Shown here: positions 35,019-45,634 of the stretch, one piece after another | Layout of the letters: the number at the start of each line of letters is the position of its first letter | Position numbering within the stretch: position 1 is the stretch's first letter | Program-made: the position numbers and the translations under genes | The notes under the pieces: generated by a model | Databases searched by the model: none | What the model was told of the DNA's origin: nothing | What the model saw: the letters and a program-made list of their open reading frames with translations, nothing else | IMG/VR virus record: IMGVR_UViG_3300033153_006492 | Coordinates: 14,720-78,719 of that record | Direction: 5' to 3' (one strand) | From: a virus | Length of the DNA stretch: 64,000 nucleotides

Positions 35019-35424
35019 AATAATAATTATAGCTGTTTTAGTGAGTATGGTCATTGCCGAAGGAATTATTATTCGGCGTAAAATGGCACAAAACAATAGA
35101 TACCAAAATGTTCTTACTTCATATGAAACTTGGATAGAAAATTTTACATTAACTATAGCATCAATTGATTCTGAATTAGATCGATTGGATGATGCTGGAA
35201 CATTTCGTTCTGATGATGAAATAGGTTTCTTTTTTCAAGCGATATATTCAGTGTTAAAAAAATTATCAGAGTATGGTTTAATTGACGATCCAGACGAAAA
35301 GCCACAAGAACCAGTAGAATATCCAAATGAAATTACTGAAAAGGATAAAACATATAATAGAGTAAAAGAAAGAAATAGATTAGGCATAGATATGTCTGAT
35401 GTACAGAATTTGTTGAAAAAATAA
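35011..35424 (+). CDS. membrane-anchored hypothetical protein
   Basis: N-terminal TM; GTFRSDDEIGFFF. Confidence 0.7.
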   Translation: MIEIIIIAVLVSMVIAEGIIIRRKMAQNNRYQNVLTSYETWIENFTLTIASIDSELDRLDDAGTFRSDDEIGFFFQAIYSVLKKLSEYGLIDDPDEKPQEPVEYPNEITEKDKTYNRVKERNRLGIDMSDVQNLLKK

Positions 35425-35455
35425 TGTTAATATTGGATAGCAATGGAGAAGATTA

Positions 35456-36166
35456 ATGGCGAGGAATAAAATTTATTTTACGAAGGATGCTGAGAATGCA
35501 ATTGTTCAATTTAATGGAATGGATGATCAAGTAGCGAAGTCAAAGTTATATCGGGAAAAAATAGAAAAGCCTATAAATAAATTGGTTGAAAATATAATAA
35601 ATCGTTTTAAGTTTCCATACTTTCAAGGTGTATCAGAAAATTTACAAGCTGAAGTTGTTTCATTTTTAGTTTTGAATATGCATAAGTATCAACAAGATAA
35701 GGGTAAAGCGTTTTCTTATTTTTCTATTTTGGCAAAGAATCATTTAATCTTAAATAACACTGACGAATATAAATACAAGAAGACAAAACAACGAATTGAT
35801 GTAGGTGAAAGCGAATATGTATTTGACATTGTTGATGAGGATCAAGAAAGAAAATTTAATGATGATGTTCCTGAATTTATAGTATTAATGATTGAGTATT
35901 GGGAAAAAAATCTATCATGTATATTTACGAAACGGCAAGAAATTATGATAGCTGATGCCATTATTACTTTATTTAGACGATCACAATCAATAGAAAATCA
36001 TAATAAAAAATCTCTTTATTTGATGATTCGTGAAATGACTGGATTACGAACTCAGTACATTACTGCTGTTGTTAATAAAATGAGGGAACACATAGTTGCC
36101 TTACAAAAATCGTATGCTAATACAGGTTATTTCAATACGAATGAATATTTTGATGAATTTATTTGA
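35456..36166 (+). CDS. phage sigma factor, T4 gp55-like (late transcription)
   Basis: Region-2-like KY..KGKAFSYFSILAKN; N-terminal YFT..AI; lies just before the structural genes. Confidence 0.7.
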   Translation: MARNKIYFTKDAENAIVQFNGMDDQVAKSKLYREKIEKPINKLVENIINRFKFPYFQGVSENLQAEVVSFLVLNMHKYQQDKGKAFSYFSILAKNHLILNNTDEYKYKKTKQRIDVGESEYVFDIVDEDQERKFNDDVPEFIVLMIEYWEKNLSCIFTKRQEIMIADAIITLFRRSQSIENHNKKSLYLMIREMTGLRTQYITAVVNKMREHIVALQKSYANTGYFNTNEYFDEFI

Positions 36167-36191
36167 GTTAATTAATTAAAAATAAACAACG

Positions 36192-36224
36192 AGGTCTCGC
36201 CTATTTAGGTTGAGACCTTTTTTT
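36192..36224 (+). terminator. intrinsic terminator
   Basis: AGGTCTC..GAGACCT plus T run. Confidence 0.8.
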
Positions 36225-36233
36225 GTTTACTTT

Positions 36234-36243
36234 TATATTTATA
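36234..36243 (+). promoter_or_regulatory. TATATTTATA putative late promoter heading the structural operon
   Basis: Directly after a terminator and before the baseplate genes. Confidence 0.65.
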
Positions 36244-36275
36244 TATGATGAAATATGATTACAATGGAGATTATT

Positions 36276-36710
36276 ATGGACGACAAAAAAGGATACGAAA
36301 TATTTGAAGGAAAAACGCTTTCTAATTTATTTGAAGATATTTATAATAATTCTAGCACTACACGGAGCCGAGTTGATACTCTTATAGAACAATTAAAGAA
36401 ATTTGTTACTAATATTGATAGTGCAATAGTTGTTGTTCCTCTTATTAAGGAATATCTTGATATAAAAGTAAAGAGCGACGAACATTTGGTTAAATTATCT
36501 GATACTATACAACGAATGTTGCGCAATGAAAAATCATCTGATGAAGATGGAACTCTTATATCAGAAGATGAAAAAAGACAAATACTTGAAAAGGTGCCAA
36601 CATATGAAGAGGTTAGAATAAAAGAACAAAAACGATTATCTGAATTAGGTAATCAATTTGATGAGATTAAAACTAAATTAGATGTTGATGTTACTGTGGA
36701 GAAAAATTAA
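36276..36710 (+). CDS. conserved helical phage protein
   Basis: EIFEGKTLS..PLIKEYLD..DEHLVKL; GGAG RBS. Confidence 0.75.
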   Translation: MDDKKGYEIFEGKTLSNLFEDIYNNSSTTRSRVDTLIEQLKKFVTNIDSAIVVVPLIKEYLDIKVKSDEHLVKLSDTIQRMLRNEKSSDEDGTLISEDEKRQILEKVPTYEEVRIKEQKRLSELGNQFDEIKTKLDVDVTVEKN

Positions 36711-37918
36711 TGGCATTTAGTATAGATAAAAGTTCGGGAGGTAGTCGTTATGGTAATAAACAGGGGATAGCCACACAAGGAACAGATCCTTCTCGAGGAA
36801 TTGGAGCTCCTAATTATGAATTTTATGAACTTGAATCAGCTGAAGTTATTGATGTTATTTTAAATGAAGAACATCCTGATTTTGAAACATATGAAGATAT
36901 TGGAAAAGCCAAAATTCGTTTTATTACAAGTGAAGTTGGGAAGGAAGAATCATTATTATCTTGGGCTAAACCGATTGATCCTAATATAAAAGTTTATCCA
37001 CTTTTACATGAAATTGTAATTGGGGCTGTATTATTTTCAGATTTATATTATACTCAACGACTTAATATATTTAACAATCCCAATGAAAATTCTTATCCCG
37101 GTGCGAGTTTGCCTGATTTGTCCAGAGAATATAAATCTAAAAGAAAAGCAAATGACTATGAAGATGTGTCTAATTCTGGTTCTCCAAACAAGAAACCCAA
37201 AGCTGGAGATGTTAAGTTAGGAAAAACATTTAAAGTTGGTGATGTTAAGCCAATGCTTCCAATGGAAGGCGATTTAATAATTGAAGGTAGATTTGGACAG
37301 TCAATTCGGTTTGGTTCTAATCCTGAAACACAATTGCCAAATTTTAAATTAAAGGTTGGGCAACCAGACGAAATTTCTGATGAACCACTTCAACTTATAG
37401 AGGAAAATATAAATGATGATCCGAATTCCATATGGATTAGTTCAACAGATGAAGTAATTGAGCTTTTACCAGCGACGGCTGAATCAAAGGTACACTTACA
37501 ATTTTACGACGACAAACCAAATGAATTTATTGGAAATCAGATATTTATCAATAGTGATAGACTTGTTTTTAATTCAAAGGCATTTGAAACCATGATGTTT
37601 GCGAAGAAGGCAATAAATTTAGTCACTGAAGGAGTATTTACTGTTGATGCTGATCGTGATATGACTTTGAATACACCAGCACAAATGATATTGAATAGTC
37701 CTAAGATTTATTTGGGTAGTGAAGATGCTACTGAACCTGTAGTATTGGGTGAAGCATTGAAGACATTATTAGAGGAAGTAATTGATATGTTATTAAAACA
37801 TATACATTTAACTGGAACAGGACCATCCAGCATGATGATACCGCCGGAACAAGCTCAAATAAATCAATGGAAAAGCAAACTTAGTTCTGCTCTTTCAAAA
37901 CAAAATTTTAGCTTGTAA
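36710..37918 (+). CDS. baseplate spike/hub protein (gp5/gpV-like)
   Basis: OB-like N-terminus (YPLLHEIV), GRFGQSIRF, beta-helix-like region, C-terminal HIH metal tip. Confidence 0.75.
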   Translation: MAFSIDKSSGGSRYGNKQGIATQGTDPSRGIGAPNYEFYELESAEVIDVILNEEHPDFETYEDIGKAKIRFITSEVGKEESLLSWAKPIDPNIKVYPLLHEIVIGAVLFSDLYYTQRLNIFNNPNENSYPGASLPDLSREYKSKRKANDYEDVSNSGSPNKKPKAGDVKLGKTFKVGDVKPMLPMEGDLIIEGRFGQSIRFGSNPETQLPNFKLKVGQPDEISDEPLQLIEENINDDPNSIWISSTDEVIELLPATAESKVHLQFYDDKPNEFIGNQIFINSDRLVFNSKAFETMMFAKKAINLVTEGVFTVDADRDMTLNTPAQMILNSPKIYLGSEDATEPVVLGEALKTLLEEVIDMLLKHIHLTGTGPSSMMIPPEQAQINQWKSKLSSALSKQNFSL

Positions 37919-37927
37919 GGAAACAAT

Positions 37928-38482
37928 ATGCCAATAAATTGGACGATTTTTAAACAAAATATAACAAGATACTTTGATGATAATATGCGAGGTGAGGATA
38001 AGGAAAATCCAACAGCGAAGGATGTTTCAACGAAAATCGCCAATGAATATGAAACTGCTGTGAAGTTAGGTGGAGATTTAATGTATAAGAATCCAGTGAC
38101 TACATATAATAAACCTGGATTACAGATAAGTATACAAAATGCATTTGACATTGGACAAACTACTCCGTCGACCAGCGTCATCCCGACATTATTTGGTGGT
38201 TGGTTTTCGACTGGGTTGATTCAATTTTGGACTGGAGCGCAGTTGGGGATGTTAATTCCGCCTCCTGGTTCGGTTAGTATAATTTCAAATGTAGTATTGA
38301 GCCCTGGTGTTCCAGTACCTGTTATGAATATAAAAAATACAGAAAATAAGAATGAATTTGTAGATAGTATGATAGATTTATTCAAATTACATTTACAATC
38401 AGTGAGTGGATTAACAACAGCATTTTTACCAACTGTTCCGGCACCAACACCCACTCCTTTCCCGTGGACGGGATATGGTTAA
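37928..38482 (+). CDS. structural-region hypothetical protein
   Basis: Operonic; Pro-rich C-terminus. Confidence 0.7.
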   Translation: MPINWTIFKQNITRYFDDNMRGEDKENPTAKDVSTKIANEYETAVKLGGDLMYKNPVTTYNKPGLQISIQNAFDIGQTTPSTSVIPTLFGGWFSTGLIQFWTGAQLGMLIPPPGSVSIISNVVLSPGVPVPVMNIKNTENKNEFVDSMIDLFKLHLQSVSGLTTAFLPTVPAPTPTPFPWTGYG

Positions 38483-38499
38483 TATAGGAGATATTTGAT

Positions 38500-39156
38500 A
38501 TGGCTTTAACAAAAAAAGATTTACGACTTATGATAAGCGAGGCTGTTAGGGATACAATTATTAAGGAAATAAAGCCTTTAATAAAAAAGACAATCAAGCA
38601 AGAATTTTATAAGATATTAGAAGAAGCGGAAACTGTGCGTCCAACTAAACCAACAGCTAAACCAGTGATTGCTGAATCAGATGATTTGAGTTTAACTCAA
38701 TTATTAGATTCTCCACTTGAAGAAGATGAAACTCGACAAGCTGTTCAAGAAAAAATCTTTAGTGGTGGTCGTGGTGGTAAATTTGCTGACATACTTAATC
38801 AAACAGCGACGGAAGTATCAACAGGTCAAACATTAACTTCTCCAGGTACAGGTGGACAACGAGAAATTGTATTAAATGAATCTCAACCAGAGAAGGCATT
38901 TGACTCGGCTAAACTTACTGAACAGTTAGGATATGGAGATGGATTTACTAAAGTTGGGGCTGGTTCAAGGATACCCGGAACTGAAGCAAGGTCGAAGGGT
39001 TCACTTGACAAGGTATCATTACCGACGACAAATCCAAATGGTTCTCCAATAGATTTTAGTAAAGTACCTGTAGACATAGTAAAAAATATGATGAGAGATT
39101 ATAGTGGATTATTGAAAAAAACAGATCAAAAAGTAAGTAGAACGAGAGGTAATTAA
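38500..39156 (+). CDS. hypothetical protein (possible virion protein)
   Basis: Operonic; RDYSGLLK motif. Confidence 0.7.
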   Translation: MALTKKDLRLMISEAVRDTIIKEIKPLIKKTIKQEFYKILEEAETVRPTKPTAKPVIAESDDLSLTQLLDSPLEEDETRQAVQEKIFSGGRGGKFADILNQTATEVSTGQTLTSPGTGGQREIVLNESQPEKAFDSAKLTEQLGYGDGFTKVGAGSRIPGTEARSKGSLDKVSLPTTNPNGSPIDFSKVPVDIVKNMMRDYSGLLKKTDQKVSRTRGN

Positions 39157-39543
39157 ATGGCTGAACCAATTGGAGTTGTAGTGCCTATACAACTTGGCAA
39201 TACAGGATATTTTAATCAGACTTTCACTTCTATTGATGAAGCAAAGGCGAACATGTATAATTTATTATTGACTCAGAAGGGTGAACGACCAATGCAGCCT
39301 AATTTTGGAACAAGCATATATGGTCGTCTTTTTGAACCGATAACAAGGGATTTAAAGGCTACAATAGAAAGCGAAATCCAAGAAGCAATAGAAATGTGGT
39401 TGCCGTATGTTGAGGTAGTTGATTTAGAGGTTGATATATCAGACGTAAACATTGATAATAACCGTATAGATATTAAATTAGGTTTTGGATTAAAGCGTAA
39501 TATAAAAGAATATGCTGAAATAATAGTAACATTTGCACCATAA
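39157..39543 (+). CDS. baseplate wedge protein, gp25/GPW family
   Basis: NLLLTQKGERPMQPNFGT..LFEP..WLPYV. Confidence 0.93.
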   Translation: MAEPIGVVVPIQLGNTGYFNQTFTSIDEAKANMYNLLLTQKGERPMQPNFGTSIYGRLFEPITRDLKATIESEIQEAIEMWLPYVEVVDLEVDISDVNIDNNRIDIKLGFGLKRNIKEYAEIIVTFAP

Positions 39544-39556
39544 ACGGAGATAAATA

Positions 39557-41446
39557 ATGCCAAAAAAAGAGGTGAGATATTTAGGTCGTGATTTCTCAGG
39601 ATTAAGAGATGATTTAATGAACTTTTCTAAAGTTTATTTTCCTCATACATATAAAAATTTCAATGAAAGTTCGGTTGGAATGATGTTTATAGAAATGGCG
39701 TCCTATGTTGGGGATGTACTTTCTTATTATACTGACAATGCATTGAAAGAAAGTTTGTTATTATACGCTGAAGAAGAACAAAATATATATGCTTTAGCTC
39801 ATACATTAGGATATAAACCATCTTTATCAGTTCCAGCATATACTGATATTGATGTATATCAAATTGTTCCTGCTGTTGGAACTGGGGCTGATGCTGTACC
39901 TAATTATCAATATGCTTTAATTCTTAATTCTGGAATGCAAGTACAAAGTGAAGCTGAATCGAATGTAATTTTTAGAACATTAGAAGATGTGAATTTTTCT
40001 GTATCAAGTTCTGATAATCCTACAGCAACATCAATATTTGAAACTGATGATAATGGGAATGTTACATTTTTTGTATTAAAGAAACCTGTGAGGGTGTCGG
40101 CTGGTGAAATTAAGAGTGTATCCTTTGCTTTCGGTGAACCAACAAGATTTGAAAAGAAGATATTAACTGAACCAAATATAATTGAAATACTCGATGCGAC
40201 TGATTCTGATGGTAATACATGGCATCATGTTCCATTTCTTGCACAAGATACTGTATTTGTTCAACTACGAAACATCGCTGCTAATGATAAAGATTTAGCG
40301 CAATATAATGATACGGCTCCGTATTTATTGAAATTACAAAAAACGGCTCGACGATTTACTTCAAGAATTCGTGGTGATAAGTCAATGGAATTACAATTTG
40401 GTGCTGGTGTATCTGATGATGCTGATGAATTATTAATTCCAAATCCAGCCAATGTAGGTTCAAATGTATTTGGAAGTGTTACCTTTACAGATAATCCAAT
40501 TGATCCAGCGAACTTTTTACATACGAGAACATATGGACAAGCGCCTCATAACACATCACTTACTGTAAATTATGTTGTTGGTGGTGGGTTTCCTTCAAAT
40601 GTAAATCAAAATGATTTAACTAAAATTACTTTGGTTGATCATACGATTGATGATGATGCATTAGATACTGATATTTTACAACAAGTTAAAGATTCCGTTG
40701 CTTGTAATAATCCAACAGCTGCCAATGGTGGTCGTGATGGTGAAACAGTTGAAGAAGTTAGACAAAATGCCTTAGCACATTTTCCTACTCAACTTCGTGC
40801 TGTTACGAAAGAAGATTATATTGTTCGTGCTTATTCGATGTCTCCTCGATATGGAGCAATTGCTAAAGCATATATTTTACCGGATGATCAATTGTCTGAG
40901 TCACCTGATACAGCGCCATTAGAAGGAATTGACAGAACACGAGTTCCAAATCCATTAGCATTGAATATGTATTTATTGGGGTATGATAACAACAAACGAC
41001 TTACAGTATTGAATAAAGCGATAAAGGAAAATCTTAAAGTTTATCTTGGGCAGTATAGAATGTTGACAGATGCAATTAATATTAAGAATGGATTTATAGT
41101 TAATATAGGACTTCAATTTTCGGTTGTCGCATTCAAGAATTACAATAAACGAGAAGTGATATTGAATTGTGTTGATAAATTGAAAGATATGTTTTCTATT
41201 GACAAATGGCAATTTAATCAGCCAATTATTCTCGCTGATATTCAAACAGAATTATTTAGTGTTGAAGGAGTTCAATCTGTTGTTAATGTTGAAGTGACTA
41301 ATAAATGGCAAACGAGTGATGGGTATTCAGGATATATTTATGATATTAAGGCTGCGACGAAAGAAGGAGTAATTTATCCATCATTAGATCCTTGTATTTT
41401 TGAAATTAAATATCCAAATCAAGACATTGAAGGGAGAGCGATATAA
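39557..41446 (+). CDS. baseplate wedge subunit (T4 gp6/baseplate J-like)
   Basis: RDF..YVGDVLSYY, FGAG, NGGRDGETVEEVR..QLRAVTKEDY. Confidence 0.88.
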   Translation: MPKKEVRYLGRDFSGLRDDLMNFSKVYFPHTYKNFNESSVGMMFIEMASYVGDVLSYYTDNALKESLLLYAEEEQNIYALAHTLGYKPSLSVPAYTDIDVYQIVPAVGTGADAVPNYQYALILNSGMQVQSEAESNVIFRTLEDVNFSVSSSDNPTATSIFETDDNGNVTFFVLKKPVRVSAGEIKSVSFAFGEPTRFEKKILTEPNIIEILDATDSDGNTWHHVPFLAQDTVFVQLRNIAANDKDLAQYNDTAPYLLKLQKTARRFTSRIRGDKSMELQFGAGVSDDADELLIPNPANVGSNVFGSVTFTDNPIDPANFLHTRTYGQAPHNTSLTVNYVVGGGFPSNVNQNDLTKITLVDHTIDDDALDTDILQQVKDSVACNNPTAANGGRDGETVEEVRQNALAHFPTQLRAVTKEDYIVRAYSMSPRYGAIAKAYILPDDQLSESPDTAPLEGIDRTRVPNPLALNMYLLGYDNNKRLTVLNKAIKENLKVYLGQYRMLTDAINIKNGFIVNIGLQFSVVAFKNYNKREVILNCVDKLKDMFSIDKWQFNQPIILADIQTELFSVEGVQSVVNVEVTNKWQTSDGYSGYIYDIKAATKEGVIYPSLDPCIFEIKYPNQDIEGRAI

Positions 41447-41997
41447 TGATTAGATTAAAAGAATTATTAACAGAGAAAACAGTTAAAGTAAAAGGATATT
41501 TCAAAAACGAAAAGGCTATACAAGATTTTATGGCTAAACTTGGTGCTAATGATAAAGTAGGTGATGATGTTATTGATGGTGAAACTGGCGAAGTAATAAT
41601 GAATAAAGGCGAAACCAAAACGAAATTAGCTAAACGTGACAGAAAAAGTTTAGAAAAGTATGGTAACTGGGATAAATGGGATTCATTTACATTTATCAAT
41701 GATAGAAATTCACATAAAGAGGACTTTGAAGAATATTTCAATGTAATTTATCGAGACAATGCTAAAGGTATGAGCGATGACGAAAAAGAAATGTTTCGTC
41801 AAGGTGATTATGAGTATGATTTTCAACTTCCAAGTAAAATAAAAAGAAAAGATGGAAAACCTTTTACTGATAATGACAAACAAAATATAGAAAATTTTGG
41901 TGAATGGTATGGTCAGTATGTTTTATCTGGTGGTAACATTCATATTAGTGTGGGTATTGGCAAAAAGGTCGCTGATGGCGAACCGCAATATATATAA
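41446..41997 (+). CDS. hypothetical protein with MIRLKELLTE N-terminus
   Basis: TAATG-coupled ORF in the structural operon. Confidence 0.7.
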   Translation: MIRLKELLTEKTVKVKGYFKNEKAIQDFMAKLGANDKVGDDVIDGETGEVIMNKGETKTKLAKRDRKSLEKYGNWDKWDSFTFINDRNSHKEDFEEYFNVIYRDNAKGMSDDEKEMFRQGDYEYDFQLPSKIKRKDGKPFTDNDKQNIENFGEWYGQYVLSGGNIHISVGIGKKVADGEPQYI

Positions 41998-42010
41998 TGG
42001 AGAATAAATA

Positions 42011-43621
42011 ATGCATTACTTTCTTTTCCCAGAAAAAGATAGCACAATATATGAAGATTCAGTAACACAGAATGCTGGGCTTGATCAGATATTAGAATTA
42101 GAAAAACGATTGGTTCATGAATTGGGTGATGTTCCGTGGAATTCGAGGATGTTAATTAAATTTGATTTAGATACCTTTTCTGCATCCCTTGATTCCGGTG
42201 AATTGGGTGGAACTGACATGAGATATTATCTTAATCTTTATACTTCTGAAGCTGTAGAAATCCCATTGTCGTATACTGTTTATGCTTATCCTGTATCTCA
42301 ATCGTGGGAAATGGGTACTGGTAAACGGGGAGACAGTCCCATATCAACAATAGGTGTTAGTTGGGAGTTGCGTGATGGTATAACTCTTGCTGGTACGAGT
42401 GGTAGTACATGGGAAGCAACGGGAAGTGATTTCATAAGTGGTAGTGGATATGAAGCGAGCCAATCATTTGATTTTCAGACAACTGATCTTCATTTGGATG
42501 TTACGACTATGGTTGAATCGTGGTTAGATGGTACACTTGATAATCACGGATTTTTAATTAAACGAAGTGATGCTGATGAACGCAGTGTTCTTAATCATGG
42601 GAATCTTCAATTTTTCTCTAATGAAACTCACACGATTTATCGCCCAAGATTAGAAGCTATTTGGAAAGATTTTACATATTCTCCATATACAATAACGACA
42701 ACGAGTCAAACCGGGACAAGCTCAATTGATGTTGATAGTAAAACGACAACTCCAATAATATCTTATACAACACTAACATCATATACTGGAAGTGGAATAA
42801 GTGTAAACACTGGATATTTTACTCAGAGTGCTAATATCAACACTTGGTATAGCGAAAGTTATTCGTGGATAACTTCTTCACTTTATTCGTATACATCGAG
42901 TTTGGGATTATATCACAGTTCCAGTGCGATTTATACATATACGACTGCTTCATCTAATATATATGTGAGTGCAAGTAATACATGGATCAGTAGTAGTTTT
43001 AATCGACCAGCTACTGTAAGTGATTTTTATACAGCGAGTCTTGGTCCTGAATATGAAAGCGGTAGTGTATATTTTAGTAGTGGTTCAATAACATCGAGTG
43101 ATGCTGTATGGACATATAACTCTACAACTGGAGTATATAGCAGTCAAAGTTTAGTTGCTGTGAATGCAAATTATATATGGACGAGTTCGAGTTTATCGAG
43201 TTCGATTATAGAATCAAGCACGACGACACAGATGATGTATCCGATAACATCAGAAGGTTTTGTATCATGGATACCAAATATATATGATGAATATCGTCAA
43301 AATACAAAAGCACGCTTTAGAGTGAATGGTAGAGAATTGTATCCAAGAAAAACATATGTGACTGAAAGTTGGGATTATTCAAGGAATACACAATTTTTGC
43401 CTACTCAATCGTATTATTCTATACGGGATGCTTGGACTGAAACTGAATGGATACCATTTTCATCTTATACACAACTTTCGGTTGATACGTCTGGTAGTTA
43501 TTTTGATTTACGATTGCAAGGATTAGAACCTGAAAATGTTTATAGAATTATGTTTAAGATTATACAAGATGGAATAGAAAAAATAATTGACAATGACAAT
43601 ATGTTTAGGATAATTAGATAA
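42011..43621 (+). CDS. virion structural protein with DNRLRE-like domain and S/T-rich insert
   Basis: DSTIYE, SRMLIKFD, SWEMGTG, NHGFLIK, FFSNE..PRLE. Confidence 0.7.
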   Translation: MHYFLFPEKDSTIYEDSVTQNAGLDQILELEKRLVHELGDVPWNSRMLIKFDLDTFSASLDSGELGGTDMRYYLNLYTSEAVEIPLSYTVYAYPVSQSWEMGTGKRGDSPISTIGVSWELRDGITLAGTSGSTWEATGSDFISGSGYEASQSFDFQTTDLHLDVTTMVESWLDGTLDNHGFLIKRSDADERSVLNHGNLQFFSNETHTIYRPRLEAIWKDFTYSPYTITTTSQTGTSSIDVDSKTTTPIISYTTLTSYTGSGISVNTGYFTQSANINTWYSESYSWITSSLYSYTSSLGLYHSSSAIYTYTTASSNIYVSASNTWISSSFNRPATVSDFYTASLGPEYESGSVYFSSGSITSSDAVWTYNSTTGVYSSQSLVAVNANYIWTSSSLSSSIIESSTTTQMMYPITSEGFVSWIPNIYDEYRQNTKARFRVNGRELYPRKTYVTESWDYSRNTQFLPTQSYYSIRDAWTETEWIPFSSYTQLSVDTSGSYFDLRLQGLEPENVYRIMFKIIQDGIEKIIDNDNMFRIIR

Positions 43622-45111
43622 TGGCTACTACATTAAAAAAAGCATTGGATGTTCAAGATCAACAAGTTTGGATAACTGACAAGAAACGTTCTCTTGATGG
43701 AGCACAGATACGTTCTCTTGATGAACGGTTGAAAGCTCAATTAGATACTCAAGCATCTGGAGGTATTGTTCCGACGAAACGGGATGAAATAGGAAACATT
43801 CTTTTGTATGAAGATCCAGTATTTGAAAATTCACAATTACAACGGACAGACCAATATATTTCTATTGGTTTAGTGAAACCTGATTATGATGACGAACAAG
43901 TAAAAGAAGTTTTGGACTTAGACATAAAAGAATTATTTACGACGGCTGATTTAAGTGAAATTGAACGTTTGAGAAAAGAATTGGAAGACGCTCGGAAAGA
44001 TTTGAGGGATGCTAATGCACGAATTATTATTAATGAAACAATTATCCCAACTGCACCAACAGAAGAACGGCCTGGAGAACCTACTGGTTCATTTTCTGGA
44101 GAGTTTCCAAAAATCGTTCATATATTACCTGATTTAGAATCTGGGTTGCCATCTGCAAGCGATTTGAAATTTGGTGTTAATACATCAATTTTTAATGACG
44201 AAACATATACATTAGAAAATATGGGTTCTCCAAATCCAGTTAGTATTAAATGGTGGGTCATTGATCATATGTCAGAAATCGTATTTGCTAAAGGAGTTTC
44301 AGATACGTTATATGATGTAGAACAAGATATTAATGGATTTTCGTTTTTGGAATATTCAATAGATTTAGATGTTGTTCTTATGTTAGAAAACATTCCATCA
44401 AATTTTAATGGTTGGTATGTAAATGATCAATCTCAAGGAGTTCTTGAAGAATATACTAAATTTTCTGATGTACCTGAGGTAAGATTTAGATTTATGAGAA
44501 GGAAGGGTACTGGTATTCCTTTCATTGATGAACATAGAAATTTTTATTATATTTTAGCAACATTTCTACGTGAACCTCCAGTTATTCCATCGGGTGATAT
44601 TACTAAAGTCAATGTTACGACAGCAAAAATGTTGGATGGTTTTGTGGGAGTGAAAAGTAGCTTTAATGTGGAAATGAGTGTAACAGAATTTGATGCTGTA
44701 GGAAATAGAGTTGGTGGAGAATCCATAACAGTTCCGTATATAATTGTTGGACAAACCGGTAATACAGTTATGATCACGACTGACCCTGTTGTTAGCGACG
44801 CGTATATTACTGGAAGAATTGGCGAAGAAAATAGATACCGATTTGATGGTTGGTATGGTTCTCCAAATCATGTAACTGGTGTTAGTGCTAAATTAGGAAA
44901 TGATCTTTCTATAACTGTTGAATTGAAAGGTGTCTACACAAACATTGTTGCTGGATATGTGATTGATGATACAGTACCAACATATCCACCATTAGATGAT
45001 CCACCTTCATATGAACCACCAATGCCTGATCCTCCTGACGAACCATTACCTCCTGACGAACCAGTTGATGACCCTCGACGAGGAGATTGGAATTTTGATC
45101 CATCACCATAA
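43621..45111 (+). CDS. structural-region protein with coiled coil and P/D-rich tail
   Basis: Operonic ORF. Confidence 0.7.
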   Translation: MATTLKKALDVQDQQVWITDKKRSLDGAQIRSLDERLKAQLDTQASGGIVPTKRDEIGNILLYEDPVFENSQLQRTDQYISIGLVKPDYDDEQVKEVLDLDIKELFTTADLSEIERLRKELEDARKDLRDANARIIINETIIPTAPTEERPGEPTGSFSGEFPKIVHILPDLESGLPSASDLKFGVNTSIFNDETYTLENMGSPNPVSIKWWVIDHMSEIVFAKGVSDTLYDVEQDINGFSFLEYSIDLDVVLMLENIPSNFNGWYVNDQSQGVLEEYTKFSDVPEVRFRFMRRKGTGIPFIDEHRNFYYILATFLREPPVIPSGDITKVNVTTAKMLDGFVGVKSSFNVEMSVTEFDAVGNRVGGESITVPYIIVGQTGNTVMITTDPVVSDAYITGRIGEENRYRFDGWYGSPNHVTGVSAKLGNDLSITVELKGVYTNIVAGYVIDDTVPTYPPLDDPPSYEPPMPDPPDEPLPPDEPVDDPRRGDWNFDPSP

Positions 45112-45125
45112 AGGAAGGTGAATTA

Positions 45126-45626
45126 ATGTGGAAATATAATGAAGTAATTGAAACGGAAAAAAAACCAAATACTCCCACACTAAAAAAATATCATATGTGG
45201 AAGGACATATTTTTATCATTTAATAATATTGATAAATATAAAGTTTGGTTATGTGGAAAATTTTTAGATGGCAATGATACAAAAGACATTGATATTGTAT
45301 TAACAGACAGCGATGATATAAATTATACTGAAATTGAAAAGATATTAATTGATGGTATACGATTAGGATTAGATAAATTTAATATGTTTGTAGATGTTCA
45401 ATATCAGCATGTTCCTCCATTTTATGATGGCGAAAAAACATTTGTAACAAAAAAATTAATAGCGACGAATAAAGTAATACAAGATAACAAAGTTTTAGTT
45501 GATTGGGAAGATGGAAAACAAGTTAGTGATAATTTGTGGGAATATGAACGGACGTTACCGTCTGAAAAACAATTAAAAAGAATACGTGGCGGATATGTAT
45601 ATAAGACACCGATTTTATTAAATTAG
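45126..45626 (+). CDS. Pol-beta-superfamily nucleotidyltransferase-like protein
   Basis: VWLCG..TKDIDIVL plus a later VDV acidic residue. Confidence 0.55.
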   Translation: MWKYNEVIETEKKPNTPTLKKYHMWKDIFLSFNNIDKYKVWLCGKFLDGNDTKDIDIVLTDSDDINYTEIEKILIDGIRLGLDKFNMFVDVQYQHVPPFYDGEKTFVTKKLIATNKVIQDNKVLVDWEDGKQVSDNLWEYERTLPSEKQLKRIRGGYVYKTPILLN

Positions 45627-45634
45627 AGAGACTG

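Noticed and set aside
43686-43722. 14-bp direct repeat ACGTTCTCTTGATG (two copies)
   Set aside because: In-frame micro-duplication (RSLD twice) within a CDS; not CRISPR or att-like
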